Below are positions 1 through 24,090 of a DNA stretch of 64,000 nt, piece by piece. Made by a program: the position numbers and the translations under genes. The notes under the pieces are model-generated. The model was given only the letters and a program-made list of their open reading frames with translations, was not told where the DNA came from and ran no database searches. Source of the stretch: Chrysomallon squamiferum (Eukaryota; Animalia; Mollusca); assembly GCA_012295275.1 (NCBI GenBank), contig CM022678.1:372001-436000 (forward strand). The letters run 5' to 3'. Position 1 is the first letter of the stretch; each line of letters begins with the position of its first letter.

Positions 1-1636
1 CCGGATAAACTAGACATGCTGACCAGAAAAATGTCAAATAATTAAGTCACAACCCATTTGAATCATATCTAATCTTTATTTTACATGTAAAATTGTATAA
101 TCCACATTAATATTGTTGGTACAACTCAGAATATTATTTTATTTTAATTACAACTTTTACATTTTTTAAATTTTCTGCAGGTTCTTTTATGATGAGCTTG
201 GTTTGAGAATGAAAGAAAACATGTGAGAAGTGATGTCCTTTGATTCTAAAATCACTTCTCAATTTCCCCTCCAAGTTCTTCGAGTTTTCTGATCACCCTG
301 AACTAAGAAAATGAAACATCTCAACAACAAATATGAAGAACTGAATTCTTGGATAAAATTGAAAGCTTTTAGAAAGTTTCACACCAAAATAACATTTTAA
401 AAACATTACTAGTGTGAATCATGGACTGTTCTTACTGAAGAATCTGTAACATTGTGACACTGAATTGAGATTCAAAGTCACAGTGTTGTTCATGAAAGAT
501 ATAATCAGATGTAGACAGTACACAGAATGTTTGTACCAGACACAGCACCAAGTACAGTCAAGTCTGTGAAAAAAAAAATATTTAAAAAAAAGGGCTAAAT
601 CTAGAAATCTTTAACTGCTGCAAATCTTATGGCTCAAGGGAGATAATTTTATTTATATATTTATTATTGATTTATTTTTATTTTAAAGAATAATCAACTT
701 AATCACATAATCCGAATATAAAATAACAAATAATATGAAAATTTCTGTTAAAGATTAAAAAGAAAAAACAAAGTATGTTAATAAAACATAAAGTGGAAGA
801 TGATACGTTGTTTGTAAGCTATATTATAAAGAAATTTTCTTAATGAATAATTTGCACATCACATTACCACATTATAGTTGTTTCTTAATTTTTTTAATTT
901 TTTTTTTCTAACCAAATGTCTTGATATTGTTATTTTATTTTGTTAATATATTTTATAACAAAACAGAAATCTTGGTATTTTTGTGTTTTATAGCACTCAG
1001 CTCTTCAAAGGCTTATGAAACATTTTATACCATGTTTGTTTTTTTTTCCAAATTTTATTGTGTTTTCTGTTGTTTATTACATATTTTTAGCTAGCATTTT
1101 CATCAGCTTGGGAAACAATTTCATAAGAGTGGAGAAATTTTTTATTTACATAGTTTTGAAATAATTGTAGAAGTAATAGATGTAATTGTGGAGATAGTGA
1201 TACAAATAATAGTTACACCGATAGATAGATGTAAGTATGTTTTAACATTATCACTGGGTTAAGGAAAACAGGTCTGGACTGATTTCAGTATTCTATACCT
1301 GGTTTATGTTCAACAAAAATCTTTTTTATGGATTTCCCTGCAAATGTACACATGTATATTAATATTAATTTGCTATTTTAAAAACAAATGTAAATCATTT
1401 TGATATTTTATAATATTTAAATAGTTTATTCACATCTATTAGTTTATTAATATCTGTCTGTCTGAGTATTGTTATATTAAATACTAAGTTACATGTTGTG
1501 TCTGTTAGAGTCATGGCTTATAAAGCCATATTTCTATTGTGTTTTTGTTTATATATGCGTACATTGTTTATCCATAATGTCTTCTTACTGCGTCTGATAT
1601 ATTTGGGTTCCTTAGCAACGCAATAACATTCATGAT

Positions 1637-2153
1637 TGTGTGTGTGTCTGTGTGTGTGCGTGTGTGTATGTATGTGTGTATGTGTGTGTCTGTATGTGTA
1701 TGTGTATGTGTGTGTGTTTGTGTGTGTCTGTGTGTGTCTGTGTATATGTCTGTGTGTGTATGTGCTGTGTGTGTATGTGTGTGTCTGTATGTGTGTGTGT
1801 GTCTGTGAATGAGTGTGTGTCTGTGTGTGTATGTATGTGTATGTGTTTGTGTGTGTACGTGTGTGTATGTGTGTGTGTGTCTGTGTGTCTGTGTGTGTGT
1901 GTGTGTGTGTCTGTGTGTGTCTGTGTGTGTCTGTGTGTGTGTCTGTGTGTATGTGTCTGTGCGTGTGTCTGTCTGTGTATGTGTCTGTGTGTGTGTCTGT
2001 GTATGTGTGTGTCTGTGTGTGTGTCTGTCTGTGTGTGTATGTGTCTGTGTGTCTGTGTATGTGTGTATGTATGTGTGTGTGTCTGTGTGTGTGTCTGTGT
2101 GTGTGTGTGTCTGTGTGTGTGTCTGTGTGTGTGTGTGTCTGTGTGTGTGTGTG
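1637..2153. repeat. Compound (TG)n/TGTC/TGTA microsatellite
   Basis: About 500 bp of interrupted TG dinucleotides; source of the spurious Cys/Val ORFs. Confidence 0.95.
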
Positions 2154-2352
2154 ATTAGTCAGTTACCCAGCGCGTTCAATCCACAGCCATCGTTCCATCT
2201 TTGTCACCTAATAAGAAAAACTCGGCAGATCGTTCTGCGAGACAAAAGTCCGTAACACCAAGCACTGCCGAGGTGACAGTTAATCCCGCAGTTCCTCGGC
2301 TTTTCATCACACAAGTGACAAGGCGGAAGATAAAATATATTTCGACTGTGTG

Positions 2353-2526
<174 letters not shown>

Positions 2527-3673
2527 CCTGTAATACATTTTGAAACTCATTTTCTTTGTTTTCCCCGACTGTTAGTTACATGGGTTGTGGTGTATATCAG
2601 AAAGAATTTCATGTAACGAAAATAATTAAAATCTACGTAAGAAATAAATAAATAAATAAATAAATAAATTTAAAAACAGAGCGTACTGCAAACAAAAGCC
2701 AGAACCGTTTCGCTACTGGAACCTGCCTCAGATCAACTTTACTTCAGAATTTCATATACTGTTTTTCATTGCTATTGATTATTTATTTATCTGATAACAA
2801 AGGATAGATTATAGTCTGTATGTAACTATACAATTTTGAACAACATCTATTTTGGTGTAGAAGTGTGTTATCTTTCTCTTTTCTCCGAAAAACCTGTTCG
2901 CTGTCGATCTGGTGCATTTTACCTGGAACAACCAACTAGTATACTACTTTACCTATATCCTCACTGAATCAGTTTGATACTTGTCTGGTGGACTAACAGT
3001 CATTTACCAATTAAACATGGCTGGCAAATCAAAGAACAGATTCCCACCAGAATTTCATAGACAGGAACTATAAACATTAGCGCATGATGTTAGTGATATG
3101 AGTTTCACGTGGTGGTAGAATGCACAGGGTTAATCAGAGGCAGTGTTTTATTTTTTTTATTTTTTTTTATTTTTATTCATTTTTTTTTTCTTGTATTATC
3201 TTGTAGGATGTTTGTAGAGTCATGATTTTCAGATAGTCTGGTTCGACAAAACATTCATTCAAGATATCGATATATATATCTACAGAAAACTACAGAAAAC
3301 AAAACAGTATTAAGATAATGAAAGAAAAGTTGTCTATTGTTTCCAAGGGCTCTCTTTAGTTTTACATATGTTGTGTTAATGTGTGAAACACGATATGTAT
3401 TCTATAAATTCTGTAAATTCATTTCAACACACACACAACACAGATCACCTTAGAGAATTTCAAACTTTGGTCTTGCTTTGACAAGCGTTTCGCGGCGACA
3501 TCTGGTAAGAGACTTGTCTAACCTTTGTTTTCTATTTTTTTAACGGTATAATGTTTAATATATATATATATATATACACACAAGCACACTTAAACATACA
3601 ATTATACATGTTCCTTCTTTTTGTATATAAGTGTTGTTTTCGTGAATTGATTTATTTGTATTTAGCAAAAATA

Positions 3674-3676
<3 letters not shown>

Positions 3677-3770
<94 letters not shown>

Positions 3771-4020
3771 GTCTCTCTCTCTCTCTGTCTCTCTCTCTCT
3801 GTCTCTCTCTCGCTCTCTCTCTCTGTACGTATATGTATATGTGTGTGTAGATGTGTTAGTATGCGTATTCGCGTGTATATGTGTGTACCTGTTTGTGTAT
3901 GTGTGTATGTGTATATGTGTGTGTATGTGTGTATGTGTGTATGTGTGTATGTGTGTACGTGTTTGTGTATGTGTGTATGTGTGTGCATGTGTGTGTGTGT
4001 AGTTATGTATGTGTATATAT
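3677..4020. repeat. (CT)n followed by degenerate (TG)n/(TGTA)n microsatellite
   Basis: Directly visible. Confidence 0.93.
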
Positions 4021-4107
4021 ATGATTAAGATAACGAATACTGCTCTGATTGTGAAAAACAGACGTGACGGGTAGATACCTGTCTGTGTATGTTTTTATAT
4101 ATATATG

Positions 4108-4143
<36 letters not shown>

Positions 4144-4599
4144 CAGATATAGAAACAGAGAATAAATGTCAGCACGCGGTTACCTAATTACTTGTAAATT
4201 GCAGTCATCGTTTAAGAAGTAATCGCACTGGAAAAATTGTGTGCCGCTTTTCACAACGCTAATTACTATATAAATTGTTATTTTGTTCTGGAATTTACAC
4301 CCAGTAGACAGAATCCGGATTTGTCAATGTTTTCTTCATAACAGTTTAACGGTAGCTGGTCGGGAATCTGAAATGGTGCCGGTGTAGCAGTTGATTAGAA
4401 ACCCTGGAAATCGCACATCGCTGTTATTCCCGTCTTCTGACTCACCACTGGTGTCGACTTTGTAGGACGACGAATCTCAGTGAGATGGGAAACGTTTATA
4501 TACAAACAGTTTCTCACTACTACAACAGGTGCTGTCAGTACTTTAATTAATTATTGTTTATGAAGGAAGCTGGTTTGTAAATAATTTCAAATCAGACTG

Positions 4600-4696
4600 T
4601 CGCAGACGACTTAGTTCTCGGTCGGGGTGTCGTACTTAGTAGAGCAGCCACCTCACTGCGATCTATTGAGACTCAGCCTTTGACCAGGAGATTTGC
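4600..4696 (+). rRNA. RNA28S: 28S (LSU) rRNA 3'-terminal fragment, 5'-truncated orphon/pseudogene
   Basis: TCGCAGACGACTTAGTTCTCGGTCGGGGTGTCGTACTTAGTAGAGCAGCCACCTCACTGCGATCTATTGAGACTCAGCCTTTGACCAGGAGATTTG matches the conserved last ~100 nt of animal 28S rRNA (AGACGAC...GGTCGGGG...TCGTAC...AGAGCAGC...CTGCGATCTATTGA...TCAGCC...TTTG). Recognised from memory, not by alignment. Confidence 0.88.
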
Positions 4697-4879
4697 CCGC
4701 AAACAGCAGCAGCAGCAGCAGCTAAGACGGACAATATCTCTGAATGGTGAAAAATAGAGTCTTGGCAAAAGAAAAAACACAAGAAAAGTGTTTTGATTTT
4801 TTTTTTTTTTTTTGCCGGAATGAACACGGGCTGAGGGCCATCGAAGAAGAAGAAGAAGAAAAAAAAATGTATGTATCTG

Positions 4880-4933
<54 letters not shown>

Positions 4934-4982
4934 GGTGTGTGTGTGTGTGTGTGTGTGGTAGGTGTGTGTGTGTGTGTGTGTG

Positions 4983-5023
4983 TGTCTACGGCACTCGGTG
5001 TTCCCAGGCGGTCACCCATCCAA
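4983..5023 (-). pseudogene. RNA5S: 5S rRNA 3' fragment (last 41 nt)
   Basis: tgtctacggcactcggtgttcccaggcggtcacccatccaa is identical to 6411-6451 of the full 5S copy; it runs directly into a (CA)n tract on the minus strand. Confidence 0.92.
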
Positions 5024-5993
5024 ACCAGGTGTACATTTTCTCTGTTTTGTGCGTATTGTTGTTGCCACTAATGTTTCCTAATTGATATGTAATGTCGAAA
5101 TTATACAGTTTCAACACTTCGAATACATCCTACCTGAATGTTTTAAACATTGTCGTCGCCGCCTTCATTTCATTACATGGCTTATTTCCTTCTCTAATAA
5201 TTCTCGTTTCGTGTTGTCGTCAAAATTACCCTCGTAGCTTTACTGCAGATAAAAATAATCTGTAAAATCGATGCAAAGTTGCCAAGTTTGTGTGTTTAAT
5301 TCCAAAAAAAGATTGTACATGGATTTAGTTTGAACTTGGTGCTGCCAAAATGTTTTTTTTTTTTGTTTTTTTTTTTGTTGTTGTTGTTTTTTTTTCTTCA
5401 ATAGGGTTCAATGCGTTTAATAAATGATTCAGTTATTCTGCAGAGAAAAAAAAAAAAAAAAAAAAAAAAAACGCTTGCAAGACTGAGTCCACGGCACCGA
5501 CGCACACTAGGCACACTGTCTGTTCAGTTAAGTCAGAAGTAAATGTCTGCTAGACATTTTTACAAATTTATGGTTTCAGTGAAAACAATTTCCAGCATCT
5601 ATTTTTTTTATTATTTATTTAATTTATTTTATTTTATTTTATTTTATTTTATTTTTTTCGTAAAATTCATTCGAATCAATAAACACTAAATACAAATGAC
5701 GACAACAATCCAAACATGCACGAATATATATTATATCATAAAACAACCACAAATAACTTACTGTACATAAAATAATTTTTAATGTTCGAATTTGGTCCAT
5801 TTTTAATGTTGTAGGTTATTCGTCAATAGATGAGGCAACTGGCAGAATTGTCGGGCAGTGCCTGAAAATTTAAAAAAAAGAAAGAAAAAAAAAAGACGAA
5901 CCGACGTCTATTTATCTTCCTTCTTCTTATTGCGTGCGCTGAATAACGACAACGATAACGATGGCAATACTACTACTACTACTACTAATAATA

Positions 5994-6029
<36 letters not shown>

Positions 6030-6390
6030 TCGAAATGAAAATACATTAATTATCGCGCCGTCGTGATCTCGCAATTCAATTTTACGTTGGAAGATACCTT
6101 TTTTAAACCGGCACGCGCACACACGCACACGCACACTCGCACGCACGCACACGCGCGCGCGCGCACCCACACACAGGCGCGTTCTGAAATAACAAACACA
6201 CGTACACATATAATCAGACATACACAACACGGTCACTCCAAAACCTGTGTCCACGCACACACTCGCTACCGATGTCAATTGGCTCTTGCTGTTGCTCTTA
6301 AAATAAGAAAGAAAGAAAGAAAGAAAGAAAGAAACGAAGAAAGTAAGAAAGAAAGTAAGAAAGAAATAAAGAAAGAAAGAAAAGAAAAGA

Positions 6391-6404
6391 AAAAGAAAAG
6401 AAAA
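6391..6404 (-). terminator. Pol III oligo-T terminator of the 5S gene
   Basis: TTTTCTTTTCTTTT begins 7 nt downstream of the 5S 3' end on the minus strand. Confidence 0.75.
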
Positions 6405-6410
6405 GAGGCA

Positions 6411-6529
6411 TGTCTACGGCACTCGGTGTTCCCAGGCGGTCACCCATCCAAGTACTGTCCGAGCCCTGCGTTGCTTAACTTCGGTGATCGGACGAGAACC
6501 GGTGCTTTCAACGTGGTGTGGCCGTAGAC
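6411..6529 (-). rRNA. RNA5S: 5S rRNA gene, full length (119 nt)
   Basis: Minus strand reads GTCTACGGCCACACCACGTTGAAAGCACCGGTTCTCGTCCGATCACCGAAGTTAAGCAACGCAGGGCTCGGACAGTACTTGGATGGGTGACCGCCTGGGAACACCGAGTGCCGTAGACA; box A (AGTTAAGC) and box C (TGGATGGG) are present and the terminal helix GTCTAC/GTAGAC is intact. Confidence 0.98.
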
Positions 6530-6551
6530 GATCGCTTTAACGAACCGAGGT

Positions 6552-6560
6552 CTATTTATC
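6552..6560 (-). promoter_or_regulatory. TATA-like element upstream of 5S
   Basis: GATAAATAG at about -31 to -23 and C at -1, typical of 5S upstream elements. Confidence 0.55.
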
Positions 6561-6603
6561 TTTGTTGTTCTTATTGCGTGCGCTAAATAACGATGACGAT
6601 GGC

Positions 6604-6645
<42 letters not shown>

Positions 6646-7138
6646 CATGATGATAATAATAATAATAATAAATGAAAAAAAAAAAAAAAAAAATAAAATA
6701 AAATAAAATATGTAAAAAGTTAAAATAAAAACCTGACAAAAAAAAAAGTAAGATAAAAACATGAGGAGAAAAAAAAAGAAAGAAAATTTTTTAAAAAATC
6801 AAAAATCAAAAAAATAATAAGAGAAAAGAAAAGAAAAGAAAAAAGGATAATAATAATAATAACTCGTAGTAGTAGTAGTAGTAGTAGTAGCGGTAATAAT
6901 AATAACAGAAAGGTTTCGTTCTTATCACTTTGCACGCAATTAGAATTATTGCTGTTGTTGTTGTTGGTGGTGGTGGTGGTGGTGACGGCGGCGGCGGCGG
7001 TGCTGCTGTTGCTGCTTTTGCTGTTGTAGTTGTTGTTGTTGTCGTTGTGAACAACATTTCGTCTTTCGTGGTGATGGACTGTAAATTGTGTCACTGTCAA
7101 TAATTTTTTTTTTTTTTTATTTTTATTCTTAATTTTTG

Positions 7139-7409
7139 TGCAGTCTTTAAGGCGAAATTGACATCGGTAGCGAGTACCGAGACTCAGTTTTCTAACGTTC
7201 GTCTCGCGCCGTTGTCATGGGAACCGATCTCAGCTCAGCTCGGCTCAGCTCCGTTCGGCTACACTCGGGTAGGATCGGGTCGGGTCAGGTCGGGTCGGGT
7301 AGGGTCGACTGCACTCCACTCGGCGGACGACGAGAGAAAAAGAAAAAAGCCGTCGGGCTTCATCCGTCCACTGCCTATTATTATTACTGTCGTTGTTGTT
7401 GTTGTTTTA

Positions 7410-7463
<54 letters not shown>

Positions 7464-7727
7464 TTTTAAGTTCATTAGTCACTATTTTGGATAAACGATG
7501 AAAATTCTGTAAATAAGCAATGTGAGAATTAAGCTCAAAGAAAAAGATTTTTACTTATAAAAGTTGAACTTAATAAAAATATAGGTGATGCTCTATAATG
7601 GACCCAGTGTAATTTATACATTCCAGGTTTACTGGTACCAGCCTTTCCTAGTAATAAAGTATAACAATATTTTCAAAAGTGGGTCTCGGAACTCACTACC
7701 GATGTCGATATCACCTTAAAGACTGCA
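7139..7727. repeat. ~53-bp inverted repeat pair (7139-7191 / 7675-7727)
   Basis: TGCAGTCTTTAAGGCGAAATTGACATCGGTAGCGAGTACCGAGACTCAGTTTT versus the reverse complement of the second arm, TGCAGTCTTTAAGGTGATATCGACATCGGTAGTGAGTTCCGAGACCCACTTTT. Confidence 0.85.
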
Positions 7728-7985
7728 GAAAAAAAAAATAAAATAAAATAAAATAAATAAAGAAAGAAAGAACGAAAAAGAATTATTAAGAAAAAAAAAA
7801 AATTTGAAAAAAAAAAAAAATAAAAAAAATAAATAAATAAATAAATAAATAAAAATATGACGGTAGAAAAGGAAAAAAGCCGCCGGGTTTCATCCGTCCA
7901 CTGTCAATTATTGTTGTTGTTGTTGTTGTTGTTGTTGTTATTATTGTTGGTGCTGTTGTTTTTATTATCATTATTATCATCATCA

Positions 7986-8021
<36 letters not shown>

Positions 8022-8104
8022 TCATCCTTATTATTATTATTAATAGTTTTTGTTTGTTTGTTTGTTTAGTTATTTATTTAGTTACTTGCTCATTTTCTAA
8101 ATGA

Positions 8105-8151
<47 letters not shown>

Positions 8152-9040
8152 AATGAAAAGGAAACATTGAAATTGAAATGCATTAATAATTGCGCCGTCG
8201 TGATGTGCCAATTCAGTTTCACATTGGAAGACACCTTTTTCAAACCAACGCACGCACGCACGCACGCATTACACCACTGGCAATTTTTTTTCTAAATACA
8301 ATAAACTCAAATTGAGATTTTTTATTCTGTTTTTTTTTGTTTTTTTTTTAACCTTTTTAAAGTGCACTAAATTATTATTTTGTTTCCTAGTCGTTTTTGT
8401 TTTTGAAGAAATTCTTATTTCTATTATTTTGTTGTTTAGTTTTTGTTTAATTTAGGGTTTTTTGAGGTGGGATTTTGATTATGTTCTATATGGTTTGTTT
8501 CTTGGGGTTATCGGAAACACATTTTGGACATTGTCAACTGTTTAAAAAAGCTAAAGTTTGATGTGATGGTATGTTGAGTTTTCCAGTTTTCTGATACTTT
8601 AAAGAATGATAAGATATGAATATATATAAAAGTATTTTAATGCTTGAAATTGTCGTATATTTAAGATTGTGACTGTTCTATCTGTGTAGCAGATAATTGA
8701 AGATCATTATGAATTCCAGATCACCTCATTATTAACTCTGTCAGACAATTTCTGTGTTCAAAAAGTTTATTGAGGCCTTGTGTTATATATTTCTTCAGAA
8801 TTCAGTTCTAATATCATTTACATAATCTATGTTGAGAGTCTAACTGGAATGCACTGAACAAAAATGATCCTCTTGATTGTAATCACCAAAAATAACGATG
8901 ATTTTATTACTTTCTAATTTAAGTACATGTTGTTTTCATACCCTTTGTGTTACTGTATTTACATTCATCAAAGGACTGTTTAAAATATTTGTTTTTAGTA
9001 TTTGCTGACAGATTAAACAAATGTTTAAAAGGAAACTTTC

Positions 9041-9110
<70 letters not shown>

Positions 9111-10780
9111 ACATTATTTCATAGCCATTTACCTACAACAAAAGAAAAATAACCCAAGCCAACTGTTTGTCATGACAGAAATAGTTTTACTCATATATTT
9201 ATGATGCAATATTTTCCATGTAAATATAAAGTTAAAACTGATAACTTTACAGAAATAAGTTTATATTCCATTTATTAAATATAAATTCTGTATTTCAACT
9301 ATTTAAATATATATTCATGTGAAATTATGTCAAAATACATGGTTTGAAAAATTTCTGCTTTATTTTGTTATCTTTTTATAATCAAAGTAGACCATTCTGA
9401 ATTAATATATTAAGATGTGCCTTATTCATGTGCAAATAGACCAATTCTGATGTACTGTGGTATGAGTTACGTCACTTGTTCCGTTTGGTTCACACAATGA
9501 AACTTCACACCATGTCTGATTACAGTTCGGTGACATGACATAAATTCTAAATTACTGGGTGCACAATTTTGAGGGGTTGGTGTTTCAGAGACCTTTACTT
9601 TGTTGTGTTACATCAGTAACCAGGTCCACTGAGGAGGTTTGATCATGGAAACCAAGTTCATCAGATCATCTAAACTCTACTCCAGTATATCAAAATCATG
9701 TCTTTGCAAACCTTCATATATTACTACATATCACTGAATGGAAATAAAATTTTATTACACAATGGTTCCTTTTTCTCCAATTTATTTATTATTATTATCA
9801 TTTATTTATCATAAGAAGGATGTTGCTTAAATGTGATAGATGCTGTATTTAAATAAATTATTGAATACACTGAATAAGATATTTTATTATTATTATTATT
9901 TTCTTTTTTCTTTTTTTTGCAAATATAATAATGAATTTAAAAAAAAGTGGAATTAAGTTAAATCTAGGTTGACATAACCATATTTTGCACAAATGGCCTT
10001 TGAGGTTCAAGGTATTAGAAAAAAGTAATACAAACAGTATTTATTTACTTTTATTACAAAGTGTCTTGATATGGGTGACAAAATGTATAGCAAAGACTAC
10101 ATAATTGTAAATAGAAAAAAAATAATATGATACAAATATTACATAATTTATTATATTCTCAACAAATCACAAGTGTGACAGTTCATTTAATTTGTACACA
10201 TATTTGAATTTTTTTTTCAGAAAACAGTTCAAGTTTCAAAGAAATGAAATGACTGGAGTGTGTATTTGATCGACTGGAGTGTGTATTTGATCGACTGGAG
10301 TATATGTTATCTCTTACTGACAGAATAATTATACTGGAATTAATTATGGAACTGAACTGAGCATAAACAAAGGGCCACAACTCTCACTAAGCTTATAACT
10401 GTATTGACTAAAAAATTTTGAGATTCAATATTGATTATGGAAACTTGAGTTACTGGAACAAAAGAATTCCGGTTTTAAAATTTCATTTTATGTTGATTTT
10501 AAATCAATATCAATGGCAATTTTACTTTCTGACAGAAATAGGTCCAGTGTTGAAACCTTACTTTGTGCTTTTAAAACTGAACACAAATAATTAATGACAA
10601 GAATCTGTCAACTCTTAAAATCTCATTGTAATCTCAATTTAAGAGAAGTGGTCCGAGTTAGGGATATTTTAAACATCAGCTGAACCCCAGAAATTCTATA
10701 ATTATAAAACTAGGTGAAAATAATTTAATAAATCTTTCACTGTGGGTTAAAGTTAGGGTTATATTTATTTTATTATTATG

Positions 10781-10852
<72 letters not shown>

Positions 10853-11149
10853 TTTTTTTGTTTTTATTATTATTTTTTATTATTATAATTTTATTATTAT
10901 TTGAAACATTGTTAGGGTTAGGTGAGTGTTCGGAAATGATTTGCTTAGTTTATGTCCTGAATGTTAGAACAAGTCTGAGAGAAAGACTTAGACTTAGATT
11001 TCACTATCATTATTCATTTAAGTTTAAAACATACTAAGAAGTCAGATCATATTCAAGAAAGGTGTTAGTTATCTTTATTTAAATAAATCCTTTTTATTTG
11101 AGATTGTAACATGCATGGTTAGGCCAGCTGCCACAGAAATAGTACTCTA

Positions 11150-11957
11150 TGTTAGTGTAGGTGTTAGATTTAGTATTAAAGGTTAGGTTTAAAATTAGTA
11201 TAGATGCTAGATTAAGTATTAGGTGTTAATGTAGGTGTCATGTTTAGTATTAGTTGTTAATGTAGGTGTTAGGTTTACTGTTAAAGGTTACTGCATGTGT
11301 TAGGTTTAGTATTAAGGGCTAGTATAGGGGTTACGTTTACTATTAGGTGTTAATATGTTAGGGTTTAGATTAGTGTAGATATTAGTTTTAGAATTAAGGG
11401 TTAATGTAGGTGTCATGTTTAGTATTAGCTGTTAGTATATGAGTTAGCTTTAGTATTAGGTTTTTTTGTAGGTGTTTGGTTTAGTATTAGGTGTGAGTGT
11501 AGGTGTCATGTTTAGTATTAGATGTTAGTGTAGGTACTATGATTAGTATTAGATGTTAGTGAAGGTGCTGTGTTTAGTATTAGGTGTTAGTGTAGGTGTC
11601 ATGTTTAGTATTAGATGTTAGTGTAGGTACTATGATTAGTATTAGATGTTAGTGAAGGTGCTGTGTTTAGTATTAGGTGTTAGTGTAGGTGTCAGTTTAG
11701 TGTAGGTGTTAGGTTTAGTATGAGGTATTTGTGTAGGTGTTGTGTTAGTATTATGAGTTAGTGTAGGTGTTGTCTTTAGTATTAGGTGTTAGGTTTAGTA
11801 TTAGGGGTTAGTGTAGGTTTCATATTTAGTATTAGGTGTTAGCGTATTTGTCTTTAGTATTTGATGTTAATATAGGTGTTAGTGTAGGTGTCATGTTTAG
11901 TAATAGGTGTTAGGTTTAGTATTAGGTGTTAGTGTAGGTGTTGTGTTTAGTTTTAGG
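11150..11957. repeat. Degenerate 31-bp GT-rich minisatellite with a local 93-bp higher-order duplication
   Basis: Unit ~TAGGTGTCATGTTTAGTATTAGATGTTAGTG; 11500-11592 is repeated at 11593-11685. Confidence 0.88.
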
Positions 11958-12419
11958 TCAAATTATTTGTTTTACTGCTGTGATTAGAGTTTGATAATAA
12001 ACATAGTTCTTCTGAACTCTTATACAAATTAAATTAATTGAGATTCGGGTGATAAATGACATAATTACATGTTCACTGCTTGTAGATATTATTTTGTTAA
12101 AGCCTTTATAAAGTTCGATAGCTGTCGTATTTCTAGGTCGCACTGCCATTACGTCGAATTCAATAAAACAAAGCAAAATGTGCGCCATACATATTTATGC
12201 AAACTTCTGCTTTCAACACTAAACCTAAATAAGTTAATTCACTTAGCTACTAAGACATTAATGATAATATTGTTAATTTAGCTGCTTATAGTGATTACAA
12301 GGAACGTGGATCATTGTTTGTTAAGGCTTCAAAAAGTGCAACGATTTCATCTTGAGCTTGCGGTTGACGTCATTGTTTATGAAGTGACGTACTTGAACAA
12401 TTGTGCGTTGTTGTTAACA

Positions 12420-24090
<11,671 letters not shown>

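Noticed and set aside
181-226. Possible terminal coding exon (TTTTCTGCAG|G-FFYDELGLRMKENM*) of an upstream gene
   Set aside because: Good acceptor but only 14 codons with no recognisable homology; cannot be supported within this window.
2262-2312. SECIS-like pattern on the minus strand (ATGA...GCCGAGG-AA...CCTCGGC)
   Set aside because: The 3' side reads TGCT instead of the required GA of the quartet, and no selenoprotein gene is evident.
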